Notes under the pieces: generated by a model | Told to the model about the DNA's origin: nothing | Database searches by the model: none | Seen by the model: only the letters and a program-made list of their open reading frames with translations | Shown here: positions 1 through 11,579 of the stretch, piece after piece | Position numbering within the stretch: the first letter of the stretch is position 1 | Layout of the letters: each line of letters opens with the position of its first letter | Translations under genes and position numbers: made by a program | From: Eledone cirrhosa | Lineage: Eukaryota | Length of the DNA: 64,000 nt | Direction: 5' to 3' | NCBI GenBank assembly: GCA_964016885.1 | Contig: OZ024743.1 | Location: forward strand, 317,998,001 to 318,062,000

Positions 1-32
1 GAATAACTTTGCAGTTTATCTCAAAACACTGA

Positions 33-67
<35 letters not shown>

Positions 68-77
68 AACAAGTAAG

Positions 78-171
78 ACCCCGACGGCTGAGCTCAAGCC
101 GTTTCGACGGCTAATTCTGGACTGAATGAAAATTTATTCAGGTATTTAAATAGCCGAGCTTATCAAGGGGT
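78..171 (-). ncRNA. Type I hammerhead ribozyme candidate, U3-A8 core variant, long branched stem II
   Basis: The minus strand reads ACCCC-UUGAUAA-G(CU)CGGCUA...UAGCCGUC-GAAA-CGGCU/UGAGCUC/AGCCG-UC|GGGGU. Stem I is ACCCC/GGGGU, stem III is ACGGCU/AGCCGU, the triplet is GUC, and predicted cleavage is between 83 and 82. Confidence 0.7.
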
Positions 172-319
172 AATTCCATATATGGTCAAAGAGATAATCA
201 CCAGGATTGGTCACATCACAAGTTAGTAGTAAATCTGTGATGGCAAATTGGTGGGGGAAGGGGTAGCTGAACCTGCCGGTAGGAGATGATGATGATATAT
301 ATATATATATATATATATC

Positions 320-660
320 ATCATCATCATCATCATTTTATGTCCTCTTTTCCCTCCTTGCAAGGGTGGGATGGGAACTGATTCTGGCTTGATTTCTACA
401 GCTGGATGCCCTTCCTAACACCAACCTCATTTTACAGTGAGTGCTGGGTGCTTTTTTGCCGTCGCACCTCCACGACCACTTTTCAGTGGAATGATAGGGA
501 TCCCAGTCCTATCATCTCATTTCTACAGCTGAGTAAACTGGAGCAATGTGAAATAAAGTGTCTTGCTCAAGGAAACAACACATCACCTGGTCTGAGAATT
601 GAACTCACAACCTTTCGATTGCAAGGCCAATGCTCTAACCACTAAGCTATGTGCCTCCAT
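320..660 (-). mobile_element. tRNA-derived SINE with CORE-like centre and RTE-derived 3' tail
   Basis: The minus strand has A-box/B-box-like TAGTGGTTAGAG...GAGTTCAATTC, then CCTTGAGCAAGACACTTT, then the GGAAGGGCATCCAGCTGTAGAAA tail and (GAT)n end shared with the RTE 3' UTR at 62570-62724. A closely similar copy lies at about 12920-13290. Confidence 0.75.
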
Positions 661-844
661 ATATATATATTAGTGCAGCAGAAACTCGAGTCCGGGAACC
701 TTATAGGCACCCATTTTACGTGTGTTGTGTTGAGGCAAATAACTATGTGTATACTCTGGTAATGTATCTTACATTGCCTATTGAGTGCGCTGAGACACAA
801 CCGGTACTGGCATTGATAAATATGCTGGGTCCGTCAACCCTTAT

Positions 845-919
<75 letters not shown>

Positions 920-1084
920 AAGAATGAAGGGTTCATTCTACTAACATGGCTATAAAATTGAGGCTTGTTTGCATAATTCCAAACGAATCAAATGTTATTA
1001 TTAATATTCAAAAAATTCAGATTACATTTATGTATATGTATATGTGTGTATATATATATATATGTAAATATATATATCTATCTA

Positions 1085-1121
<37 letters not shown>

Positions 1122-1267
1122 GACCAGGAATGCTTTTTATGAAAATCAGTCATATGGAACTATTGTCATCTTGCCTGATGGTTTGAACTTTACAACACCA
1201 CCTGCCTCTTTGAGGTCAAATACCAACCCTACTACCATCTACAGACTGACCAATGAGAATCAAGACT

Positions 1268-2115
1268 ATTATCAGTCTATGTTGAGACGTGCATTCTTCA
1301 TGGGGGAGGGATTTAGTGTTTACAACAGACACTCTGTCACGTCTCCTGGTAAGGATATAATCTTCCTGGCTTGTGTGTTCCCCTGATCTATAGGTGATCA
1401 AGTGATTGTCTCGTTTTTTGAAATTAGTGTTACAGATAGTTAGGTTATTTGCGTCAGAGAATTCCAGGATTCTGGAGCCTTCCTCATTTTTAGTACCAAA
1501 CCCATAGCCTCCATGGATTCCATCATAGCCGTCACAATGTTGTCCAACGTGACCATTTAGGTCGCCAGCAATAATTATATAGTCACTGTCGGTTATTTGG
1601 GAGGTAGTGAGCATCAGTGTCTCATAGAATCTGTCTTTTATAGTGCCGGGCAGTCCGGATTGGGGTGCGTACGCAGATATTACTGTCACAGTAGTTCTAT
1701 TGAGGACAAGTCTTATTTTAATTATTCTGTCGTTCACTCTATTTACGTCTATTATCTTATCTGCCCACTTTTCTGCTACCATGATTCCTACCCAACCCAG
1801 CCCATTGTCATTTCCCACCCAGAAAAGCTTATAGCATCATTCTTTACCCACGATGAATCTAGCAGACCCACCCCTCCACCTGGTCTCTTGAATACAACAA
1901 ACATCGACCTCCTTACGTTCAAGCATTTCTACAACCTCGTTAGAGTGACCCTTTAAGGTGCCTACATTCATGGTACCAACTCTGAAGTTTTGGATTGCGT
2001 TTGGAGGGTGGGAGCGGTGGGGCGCAGGGGGGATGGGGGAGATGGGGTTATGTTAGCCATCCGCAGCCAAAACAAAGAGGAGGAGTCCTTGCATTCTCGT
2101 CCATGAGGTGAATTT
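1268..2115 (-). mobile_element. RTE LINE 5' fragment (APE endonuclease region)
   Basis: ORFs 1216..1818 and 1968..2171 match the N-terminus of 59099..62335 (VISAYAPQ, IIAGDLNGHVG, SQHRLI). The 5' end abuts (TA)n. Confidence 0.9.
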
Positions 2116-2199
2116 ATATATATATATACGTATATATATATATGTATATATATATATGTATATATATACATATATATATATACATATATATATATACAA

Positions 2200-2507
2200 C
2201 CAACCTCGATGTAATATTAGGGGAGCAATCAACGTAATGCAACTCACCTGTCTTCGTTTGTGAAGTTGGTGGTGCGAATACGGAGTTAATTATTATAAAA
2301 TAACAGGAGGCTGGACTGGTGTAATTCCTTGAAAGGTTTATTACACTATGATCATTTCAATGACCGGGTTCAGTATGAATCCAGTGACATCATCAGGTAT
2401 TTGAAATATAACAAAGGAATATAATAGACAAAATCCATGGGGCTGAAAATCAGAGAAATGAGGGCGACCGAACATTTAGCAGCTTCTACCCCGGTCAGTC
2501 GCCCTCA
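2200..2507 (-). mobile_element. Hammerhead-containing repeat (Penelope pLTR-like), copy 1
   Basis: Homologous to 13430-13740. It has a terminal hairpin ATGAGGGCGAC...GTCGCCCTCAT (2458-2508), (TA)n on both sides, and the HHR-like motif at 2343-2400. Confidence 0.6.
2343..2400 (-). ncRNA. Minimal type I hammerhead-like motif
   Basis: Minus strand: AUAC-CUGAUGA-stem II (ACUGGAUUC/GAACCCGGU, weak base)-GAAA-UGAUCA (palindrome)-UA|GUGU. Confidence 0.5.
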
Positions 2508-2566
2508 TATATATATATATATATATACATATGTATATATATATATATTTATATATATATATATAC

Positions 2567-2626
<60 letters not shown>

Positions 2627-2648
2627 GTAAGTATGTACACGTACATAC

Positions 2649-3067
2649 AATGTAGGTATACAGACGTACAGTAGTATGTATATGTATACATACATGTACA
2701 CATATATATATATATGCACATATATATATATGCACGTATGGGTTTACTCATTTGATATGCAAATTAGGCTGCTCAGCCGTTAATATGCATAAGGAAAGTA
2801 TATACTTTTAAATGTTCAATCATCTGACAGGAAGGTATACGATGCTGACGATAGCTAATAAGCTTGAAACTAGTTCATCGTTCCTGTGTCAGTGTTGAAC
2901 AAAAAGACGACGATGTTGCCAAACACTGTACGGCGTAATTCGGAATGTTTGTTTACAAACAAACCAAACATTATAATAAATGCTCGGTAAACCCATACGT
3001 ACATATATATATATGTGTACATGTATGTATATATATACATACTACTGTACGTCTGTATACCTACATT
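2649..3067. repeat. Inverted repeat (about 2649-2746 / 2987-3067) enclosing the hammerhead
   Basis: AATGTAGGTATACAGACGTACAGTAGTATG...ACGTATGGGTTTAC is the reverse complement of GTAAACCCATACGT...CATACTACTGTACGTCTGTATACCTACATT. Confidence 0.85.
2824..2892 (+). ncRNA. Minimal type I hammerhead ribozyme
   Basis: ACGATG (2839-2844), CTGACGA, TAGCT-AATA-AGCTT, GAAA, palindromic loop CTAG, TT|CATCGT. Stem I extends via CTGAC-AGGA / TCCT-GT-GTCAG. Predicted cleavage is after 2875. Confidence 0.75.
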
Positions 3068-3141
3068 TAAGTATCAGCCGTACTAAGAGTGAGAATTGAA
3101 ATTTCGTTTCATCATTTTCCATTTATACATATATATATATA

Positions 3142-3675
3142 TAAGACAGTAAGGAGTGGTGTGATATGGGGGAGAGTTAGCTGCTGTTTCTAGCAGGTTT
3201 AGTGACCTCATAGAAGATATGTTTTCTAAATTTAAGACAGTAGGGAGGGGTGTGATATGGGGCAGAGTTAGCTGCTGTTTCTAGCAGGTTTAGTAACCTC
3301 ATAGAGGATATGTGTTTTCTAAATTTAAGACAGTAGGGAGGGGTGTGATATGGGGGAGAGTTAGCTGCTGTTTCTAGCAGGTTTAGTAACCTGATAGAGG
3401 ATATGTGTTTTCTAAATTTAAGACAGTAGGGAGTGGTGTGAACGAACAGTATCACCATCAAGCTTGGAAAGAGAAAGTAGCAGAAAGTATGAAGTTGTAT
3501 AGATTTTGAATGGTAGTAGAAAGAGTTCAGCAGTTTAAATGAGAGAGAAAAATCGTAAAATATTGAGTTTTATCTATTTTTTGCGTAATTGTGGGTGAAA
3601 TTGAAAAAATTATCTGTGTCAAGACGCAATCGAAACTATTTCGAATACTGAATTGTAAATTTCAATTGAAGAAAT
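3142..3675 (-). repeat. Dispersed repeat ending in about 3.2 tandem 91-93 bp units; inverted copy at 13771-14393
   Basis: TAAGACAG recurs at 3142, 3233, 3326 and 3419. The unique part 3440-3675 is the reverse complement of 13771-14003. Confidence 0.9.
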
Positions 3676-3899
3676 TCTATATCGTAGATTTCTATAACGA
3701 AGGAGCATGACCACACACTGAGCTTTATAGATTATGATGTGACCTCGCCATATTTTAAATCCAAACCTCATTTATAAACTGAGGCAGCTAATCAACACAT
3801 TATAAGCGAACCACCCATTTTTCCATCAATTTTTTGGTCACTTATTCCTTGGCTTATATTCAAGTATATACAGTATGTCAAGAGAGTAGGCAGGATTCT

Positions 3900-4060
3900 C
3901 AACAATAGAGCACATTCAGGTTGACTATTAGAGTGACAGAGTGGACACCAATTCAGAGAAGAACCAGAGGGTGGCCAACGGCAAAATGGTGCAATAATCT
4001 GGCCTGAAAGCTCAGCCCCACATGAGTATGGCCAGAGATAGCAAGTGGTAGAGGTCAACC
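3900..4060 (+). mobile_element. Decayed RTE-type LINE C-terminal fragment
   Basis: Conceptual translation gives TIRVTEWTPIQRRTRG.PTAKW, resembling the RTE C-terminal motif. Confidence 0.45.
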
Positions 4061-4347
4061 AGGGAGAGGTTCCTCCATCAGGAGTGAGAAGGCTCTCGAT
4101 TTGGATTATGTCAGAGATGGGATGATGAAGGGGAGGGGATGGGAAGGGAAATATATAATGTTCAGGTAGAAATATGAAAGACTAAACAATTTGACAGAAA
4201 CTGAGTCAGTAATAATAGTAGTAATAGAAAATAAAAAACAGAGAGGAGTTTAATTGTGAGACTATAATAAGCATTCTACTATATCAAGGTAGAAGATTCA
4301 GATCCCTACCCCAACAAGTGTCCCTGTAACTCTTTTGATACCAACAT

Positions 4348-4652
4348 GAAAACAGCACAGTTCCCATGACTTTCGGAAACATTTTTTCACGCTCAGAGTT
4401 GCTGAAGCATGGAACAAACTACCTGCATCAGTTGTTAGCTGTCAAGACACTGCATCCTTTAAGGCCTCCATGCTTCCCGAGATCCGCCAACACTACAGCT
4501 AATGTTCCCCCTCCATACACATACACACATGTATATCATGACTCATACACTATTCACTTCCCTGACATTTGTGTATTATTCTATGTACTATACATACACC
4601 TTTGACGAGTTGTAGTGCACCTGAGCACTTTACACAATAATTTCATTATTAT
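4348..4652 (+). mobile_element. CR1 LINE 3' fragment
   Basis: Near-identical to 19740-20000 (HDFRKHFFTLRVAEAWNKLP) and ends in TTCATTATTAT. Confidence 0.9.
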
Positions 4653-5440
4653 AACTAAAACCAACTCTGGTTCTGTGAAACAAAACAACTCATTTTAAAG
4701 GATTCCTATTTAAATTTAAACCTTCCAACATAATTTTATACACAAAATTTTGTTAGGATGTGTTACTAATACTATTAATCCTGAAATAATTGATAATTTT
4801 AGTAAATTCTTAATTAATTAAAATAGAATGTATGCCATTAGAAATATGATAAAAGGACTAAAGGATATCTTCAGTTAAAACTGTATGATAATTTAATCTT
4901 TTTGTGGAAGCATGTGACTAAGTGGTTCTGTTGTTTGGTTCACAATTGTAAGGTCATAAGTTTGATTCCTGCCCACAATAGATAGCATGTTGTGTCCTTA
5001 AGCAAGACACTTTATTTCATGTAGCTCCAAAGGTCTGAAAACTTATTATCCCTTTCAACTGGATTAACAATATTGAAAGCTCTGGTAACAATAAAACAAT
5101 CTATTGTTGAACGCACGTTTCATTTCTCCCACCAGGATGAAACAGATCCATCCACTCATTATCATCATCATCATTTTACATCTGCTTTTCCTTGCTTGCA
5201 AGGGTGGGACGGGTCCTCTTCAGCACAACATCTCTCCATTTGTCATAGTCCTTCATCATCTCTTCTGTGAGCTTCAGCGATCTGAGGTCTGTTCTCACCA
5301 CCTCTATATATAATAATATGATCTGTTGTGGAGGCCACCTCCTATTTCTCCACACCAGAATGAGACGGAACCATCCTCTATATGTATATCAAAACATGAA
5401 TCATTAGTTCCTGTTTAGCAATTCTCATTCTCTTTTACAG

Positions 5441-5622
5441 ATGATGTATTTGATGGCAATTTTGAGATGGTAAATACAGAACAGAAACGGCTATATATGG
5501 TGGATGCTGGCCTTACTTTCAACTCTCCTTATCCTTTGATGATACGACCCCAGCGAGGTATCCAACTCATACTATCTTTTGACTTCAGTGCACGAGAGAA
5601 TGATGATGCAGAGCCATTCAAA
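5441..5622 (+). CDS. PLA2G4A: Cytosolic phospholipase A2 (group IV), internal exon containing the catalytic Asp
   Basis: Acceptor ttttacag at 5433-5440 and donor gtaagt at 5623. The peptide YMVDAGLTFNSPYPLMIRPQRGIQLILSFDFSARENDDAEPFK matches human cPLA2 VVDSGLTFNLPYPLILRPQRGVDLIISFDFSARPSDSSPPFK. Confidence 0.93.
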
Positions 5623-5959
5623 GTAAGTATAATTTATATATCTTATCTAACAATTTTCTTAAAATTCGTTTTAACATTTTTGTCATGTATTGATCTTGTA
5701 TTGAGTGTTATTAAACAATTACGCAGCACTTGTTAGATAACACTGAATACAAGTTCAATACATGGCATTTTTTTATAACAAACTGCCTGAAACTACTTCT
5801 GGTTCTTTCACTGCTCTTTGAAGCCACTCTTGTACATCTAGGTTCCTTAGAGACTGCCAAATAACAAATTGTGGTACTCTGTCAAAAGCCTTTGCCAGAT
5901 TAACAAAAGCTAGATATAATGGTTAACACTTAGCTTTAGCAATTCACAAAAATGCTGGT

Positions 5960-6330
5960 GACACAAAATAAAGCACCCAGTCAACCCTGTAAGGTGGTCA
6001 TACTTGTGACATGACAAAAAGCACCCAGCCCACTATGTAAGGTGATCATGCTGGTAACGTGACACAAAGCACCCAGTCCACCCTGTAAGGTGATTGTGCT
6101 TGTGATAAGACCAAAAAGTGCTCAGTCCACCCTGTTAAGTGGTTGTTTTGGTGCCACAATAAAAAGCACCCAGTCCACACTGTAATGTGGTTGGCATTAG
6201 GTAGGGCATCCAGCCATAAAAACCAAGCCAAAATACAGATGCATATGAGCAAGATATAGTCACCTGAATTGTCTCATAATGTGACAACCCATCTAACCCA
6301 TGCTAGTGTGGAAAATGGAAGTAAAATAAT
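5960..6330 (+). mobile_element. RTE 3'-UTR-derived repeat with about five 45-50 bp tandem units
   Basis: Repeated AAAGCACCCAGTCCAC.CTGTAAGGTG followed by GGGCATCCAGCCATAAAA and CCCATGCTAGTGTGGAAAATGGA. Related tails lie at 10840-11205, 23760-24030 and 43650-43957. Confidence 0.75.
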
Positions 6331-6513
6331 TGTTTCTACTTTTTGACACAAGGCCAGCAATTATCACAGTGCATTACTGGTACTTTATTTTATCGACCCG
6401 GTAGGGATGAAAGGCAATGAGAACCTCGGCGGGATTTGAACTCAGACTATAAAGGGGCGTAACTCTATGCTTCAAAGCATGGCGACTGACCTTCTACCGA
6501 TACTGCCAATCCA
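6330..6513 (-). mobile_element. tRNA-derived SINE (Meta/MESC-like central domain)
   Basis: Reverse complement of the family consensus seen intact at 29750-29932 and 48810-48995 (GGCAGTATCGGTAGAG...GAGTTCAAATCCCGCCGAGG...GCCTTTCATCCTTACGGGGTCGATAAAATAAAGTACCAG). Confidence 0.8.
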
Positions 6514-6715
6514 TGATTATGATGATGATGTACCTGACTTGAAAAAATAAGTATTAGAATCAATATGATCAACTAAATCCATTTAAAGTTGGGCCTCAAT
6601 GTGACTGAGCTCTAAAGACTGAAACCAGTAAAAGAGTATTTCTAATTTGATTTTTGATCTGTGTTTTGAATCTATTCAAAGAAGATTATTTCAACATCTG
6701 TTTTGTTTTTTGCAG

Positions 6716-6902
6716 GAACTTTTGTTGGCTGAAAAATGGGCTCAAATAAACAATTTGCCTTTCCCACTAATTGATACTTCAGTGTTTGAAAAAGAAGGAA
6801 TGAAAGAATTATATATCTTCCGTGACCCACATGATCCATATTGCCCTGTCATCATGCATTTTGTGTTGTGTAATTTGAAATTCAGGGACTTTAAGGAACC
6901 AG
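6716..6902 (+). CDS. PLA2G4A: cPLA2 penultimate coding exon
   Basis: Acceptor ttttgcag and donor gtaaaa. The peptide ELLLAEKWAQINNLPFPLID...DPYCPVIMHFVLCNLKFRDFKEPG continues the previous exon in frame. Confidence 0.93.
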
Positions 6903-8819
6903 GTAAAACTGTCTTAACCATTTTGATACCAACCCCATCAAAACTGACTCTGGCTCTGTGAAACAAAGCCACCCATTTTAAAGGGTTCCTATTTACATTT
7001 CTCTATATTTACTATTGTATTTTCACAGTAAAGGCTTTACCTCACATAATACAGAATCTATGAGATTTTGATATTATTCCTTTTGAGAATAATACCTTAA
7101 CGTTAGTATGAACAGCCAGTTACAACCGGTTTGAACAAAAAGAGATGAGATAATTCTGGCTGGAAACAGCTGGTTTAAATGTTAAAGGGTTAAATTAAAA
7201 TCTACCAACATAATTTTATATAAGAACCTTTTAAGTTGCTCTTTGAATCAAATTGATCAAATTGATCGACAAGATCCCATTCGCTTATCAAGTGGGGTGG
7301 AATTCATCAAATTGGACCAAGGAAACAATGTTTCCATTGGTCTTTCCATTGCTGATACTATCTACCGGTTGCAAAAAGAGCAATGTGAAATAAAGTGTCT
7401 TGCTCAAGGACATAATGCATTGCCTGGTCCAAGAATTGAACTCACAACCTCATGATTGTAAATCCAATTCTCTAAGCACTAAACCATGTGCCTTCACTTT
7501 ATGCTATCTTAATGATGAAATAAGGAATAATTTTAATAAATCCCTAAAATATCCTTCCTTAATTAATTCAAGTACAATGTGTTTCATATGACAACAAAAG
7601 GTTTAATATTTATGGTAACATGGTTTTATGAAATATAAATAAAATGCTATATTTGAGGCTTGGAATCTTTTGATACCAAACCACCTAAAACCAACCCTGG
7701 TTCTGTGATACTAAACTGGTGTTTAAAAGATTTTTATTATCTAACAGAGATCAACTTTGCCTTTCATGCATTCAAGGTTGATAAAAAAAGTACCAATCTA
7801 GTACTGTGGTCAATTTTTCCTCTATATCTCTTTCTCACTTCCTCTCTCACACTCTCTATCCTTCTCTGGAAGAAATCTGCTGTAATCAGGCTTGGAGAGG
7901 AGATAGGTTCCACCAATTTTAAAAATGCCCTAGAAATGTTGTAAGTCGATATGGTACCCCTACAACTCCCTCAGGAGTTACAGGACCATACATACATACA
8001 TTTATCTAAAAACCTTCCATCATAATGTGATGTAAGAATCTTTGTTAGGTTATATTCCAAAATACCAGCTTAATACTGAGGAAGTTATATATTTAACAAA
8101 ATCCTTCCAATTTTTTATTATTTTCAAAGTTGTTTGAAAATCACAAACAGTCTCTTTTATTAGAAATATTGTAACAAAATTTTAACACCCCAACTGGACT
8201 CAAACATAGAATCTTTTTATAAGGCCTAAAATCTTTGGCAAGTATTTAAGCCAGGACTGGGGTCTGTAGATGACTTTCCTATTTTTTTCCACCCTGTCTT
8301 AGATACCCAGAAAAAGGCCAATACTGCGCTTTTTTTATGTACATTTATCATAATTCATAAGTCAATCTTATCAACTTTTATTGTATTATTACATCAACCA
8401 AGGGTGGTAGATTGGTAATAACTGGAAGGTTCTGAGTTCAAATACTGCCAAGGTTAGCTTAGCCTTTCAATACTTATGGGGTTGATAAAATAAAGTACCA
8501 GTAACAGATTGGGGTTGAGTTAATCAAATTTCTCCTCCCCCTAAATTGTTGGCCTTGAGCCTAAATCAGAAATCATTATTATTTCAATGATTCTGGTACT
8601 TTATTTTATTGACCCTGTAAGGATGAAAGGCAAAGTTAATCCCGCCGAAGTTAAATTTGCCTTTCATCCTTACGGGGTCGATAAAATAAAGTACCAGTAA
8701 TGCACTGGGGTAATTGCTGGCCTTGTGCCAAAAGTAGAAACAATTATTATTTCACTGATTCCCCAGGAAATATACAATGTATAGTGTGTGTGTAGAAATA
8801 TATGGTGTTCTAACTCAAC

Positions 8820-9019
8820 TTAACCCTTTAGTAGTTGCATTACTCTATATTTACTATTGTGTTTTCATGGTAAAGGCTTTATCTCACATAATTATCTCAC
8901 ATAATATCGACTCTGAGATTTTGATATTATTTATTTTGAGAACAATACCTTAATGTTTGAACAGAAAAAGGTGAGAGAATTCTGGCTGGATATGGCCAGT
9001 TTAAATGCTAAAGGGTTAA
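8820..9019. mobile_element. piggyBac-type MITE
   Basis: TTAA|CCCTTTAG ... CTAAAGGG|TTAA. Related copies lie at about 7000-7193, 41706-41915 and 45852-47059 (the last split by a CR1 insertion). Confidence 0.7.
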
Positions 9020-9127
9020 CTAATGAGTTCGATTTAATTGACTTTCCCCTTCCTTTCAAATTGCTGGCTTTGTTCCAAAAGTAAAAACCATTATTACATA
9101 AACCAACGTTTCTTTCATTTCTTGAAG

Positions 9128-9675
9128 GTGTTCGAAGAGAAACCAGAGAAGAAAAAGAATTTGCAGACTTCAGTATTTTTGATGATCCAGAAACGCCATA
9201 TTCAACATTTAACTTCAGTTATAGCAATCTGGCATTTAATCGCCTGGCAAAACTGACAGAATTCAACACACTGCTACACATTGATGACATTAAGGAATGT
9301 ATTGCTCAACAAGTTGAGTTAAAACGATTTTTACCTAAGAAAGTACCAGTTCAATCGAAGAATGTCAAACATCTTTCCATCAAATCTATTAATAATCAAA
9401 ATAAAATGAAAGAATATATTCGACAGATGAAACTCAGCAATAAAGCACATAATGTTCAGTTGGTGAGAAAATACACCAAAACATTATCAATGAAAGATAG
9501 TCCAACAAAAATAGACCACACGGCGACACTACGCCAACATTCAATGAGGCTAACGAATGATTTACCAATAAGAGAAATTAATAGAACACCATTCCAATCT
9601 GTATACTTTGACACAAAAGAAACACTGGACTCATCATCCAGCTCTGATGAAGAAACATATTCATCTCCTTTGTGA
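9128..9675 (+). CDS. PLA2G4A: cPLA2 last coding exon with C-terminal extension
   Basis: Acceptor ttgaag, phase 1. GVRRETREEKEFADFSIFDDPETPYSTFNFSY matches human GVPRETEEEKEIADFDIFDDPESPFSTFNFQY and reads through ORF 9406..9675 to TGA. Confidence 0.9.
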
Positions 9676-11470
9676 AGAACTTCTGTCAAGAGTTGTGACC
9701 GAGTGATAGTACCAGTGATGGAAAGACCAATGGATATATAGATTATAGATTAGATTCCTTGGTCTGATCTGATCATTAACTCCTTTCCTTTCCATTTCTT
9801 ATGACAGGCATAAGTTGATTAACTTAAAGCATGTTATATTTACAATAACAACCAACAAACGTTTTAAGGTCATTTTCCCTTCTAAGACAGGGGTTAACTT
9901 AGCAGACTGAATGGCAAGCTTCTCCATATTGCGCTATCATCTGTATCCCCTTCATTTTTAGTCATATCTTTTTTTTCTTTCCTTTCCTCTACTTCCTTTC
10001 AACATTTATTTACATCCTTCCTCTTATCCGATCACTTTCATCCATCCTTAAAACATAACATAACCATCTCATTTTATTTCTTTTCACAATATTCATCATT
10101 GGCTCTATTCCTTTTACCCAACCACTTTCATCCATCCTCAACACATGACCCAGCAATCTCATTCCATTTTCTTGCTCTTAGAACTTGCTATGATATTATT
10201 ACACATTTTCATTTTCTTATAGCATGGTCATTACAGTTGTAAGAAACTCTCAGGGGAGCTGGACTCAGGTGTTTAGGGAAGAAACTCTGCTTCATGCATG
10301 TGTTTCGGCTCTTAACTTCTATTATAGCATTATATTTTATATAGTCATTACATTATATGTACGTAAATAAGACCGTTATTGCTTCAATCTGTCCACAGAA
10401 CACTGAACAAACACCCTAAACTAAATACCAACCTACCTACACTCATGACTCCTGCTAAACTAACCTGTGACCCACCCTCCAAATTCGGAAAACCAAACAT
10501 AAACAGAGAAGACAAATGTTATCAAGTTGCAATCATCATATTATACCATTCTATCATTTCATTCTCAAAACCTAGAGATAACTAAACTATCTTTTTTGGT
10601 CAACTTTATTAGATATATGTATTCACACGTATATAAGTATCATAGTTACCATTAAATAGGAGTTATCTCCCTTCGCAAGATGAGTCAGCGACTTAATTTG
10701 GTTGCTCTGTTGCTAGTCTAGCCACATTGATATTGCTATATGTGATGTGTGGCTGTAATCAATGTTTTGAAAAGGATGGTTGGTCTCTATAAAGCATGTT
10801 TATACTTAATGACACACACACGTGTGTGTGTGTGCATATCATCATCATCGTTTAACATCCACTTTCCACGCTATCATGGGTTAGACGGGCTGTCTCATTT
10901 GAGGCAGGTTGAGTCAGATGACTGTGTCTTGCTCATACAGAACTGTCCATGGCTAGATTCGTACAGCTGGATGCCCTTCCTAACGCCAACCATATTTACA
11001 GTGTGTGCTGGGTGATTTTGTTGTGACTCCTACATGACCACTTACAGTGTGGGCTGGGTGCTTTTTGTCGTGACACCTACACGACCACTTTACAGTGTGG
11101 ACTAGATGATTTTTGTTGTTACATCTATATATATATGTGTGTGTGCATGTAACCCATGCTAGCGTGGAAAATGGGCGTTAAACGAAGATGATGATGATGA
11201 TGATATGTTCAAAATGTAAATTGAAACAACAAAGCAAACAACACAGTACAGTGAAGAAATATATTAGTTTAGAGCTTCATATAGTAGGAAAAGAGTTTTT
11301 GCGATTCAGACACTAGTCATTCATAAGAAAACTATCTATTTCATGAGAAATAAATGATGAAAATAGAGAGTAAGAAAGGAAGGGAACGGAAAAACATTTT
11401 TTGAGAAAAAGCATGTGTATATTCAGTCAACCATAGATATATGTGTGTGTGTATATATATATATAATGTA

Positions 11471-11576
<106 letters not shown>

Positions 11577-11579
11577 GAC

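Noticed and set aside
3142-3440. Regular repeats (also at 5960-6200, 14003-14393 and 47820-48390) as possible CRISPR arrays
   Set aside because: They are head-to-tail tandem units without unique spacers, in a eukaryotic context with no cas genes.
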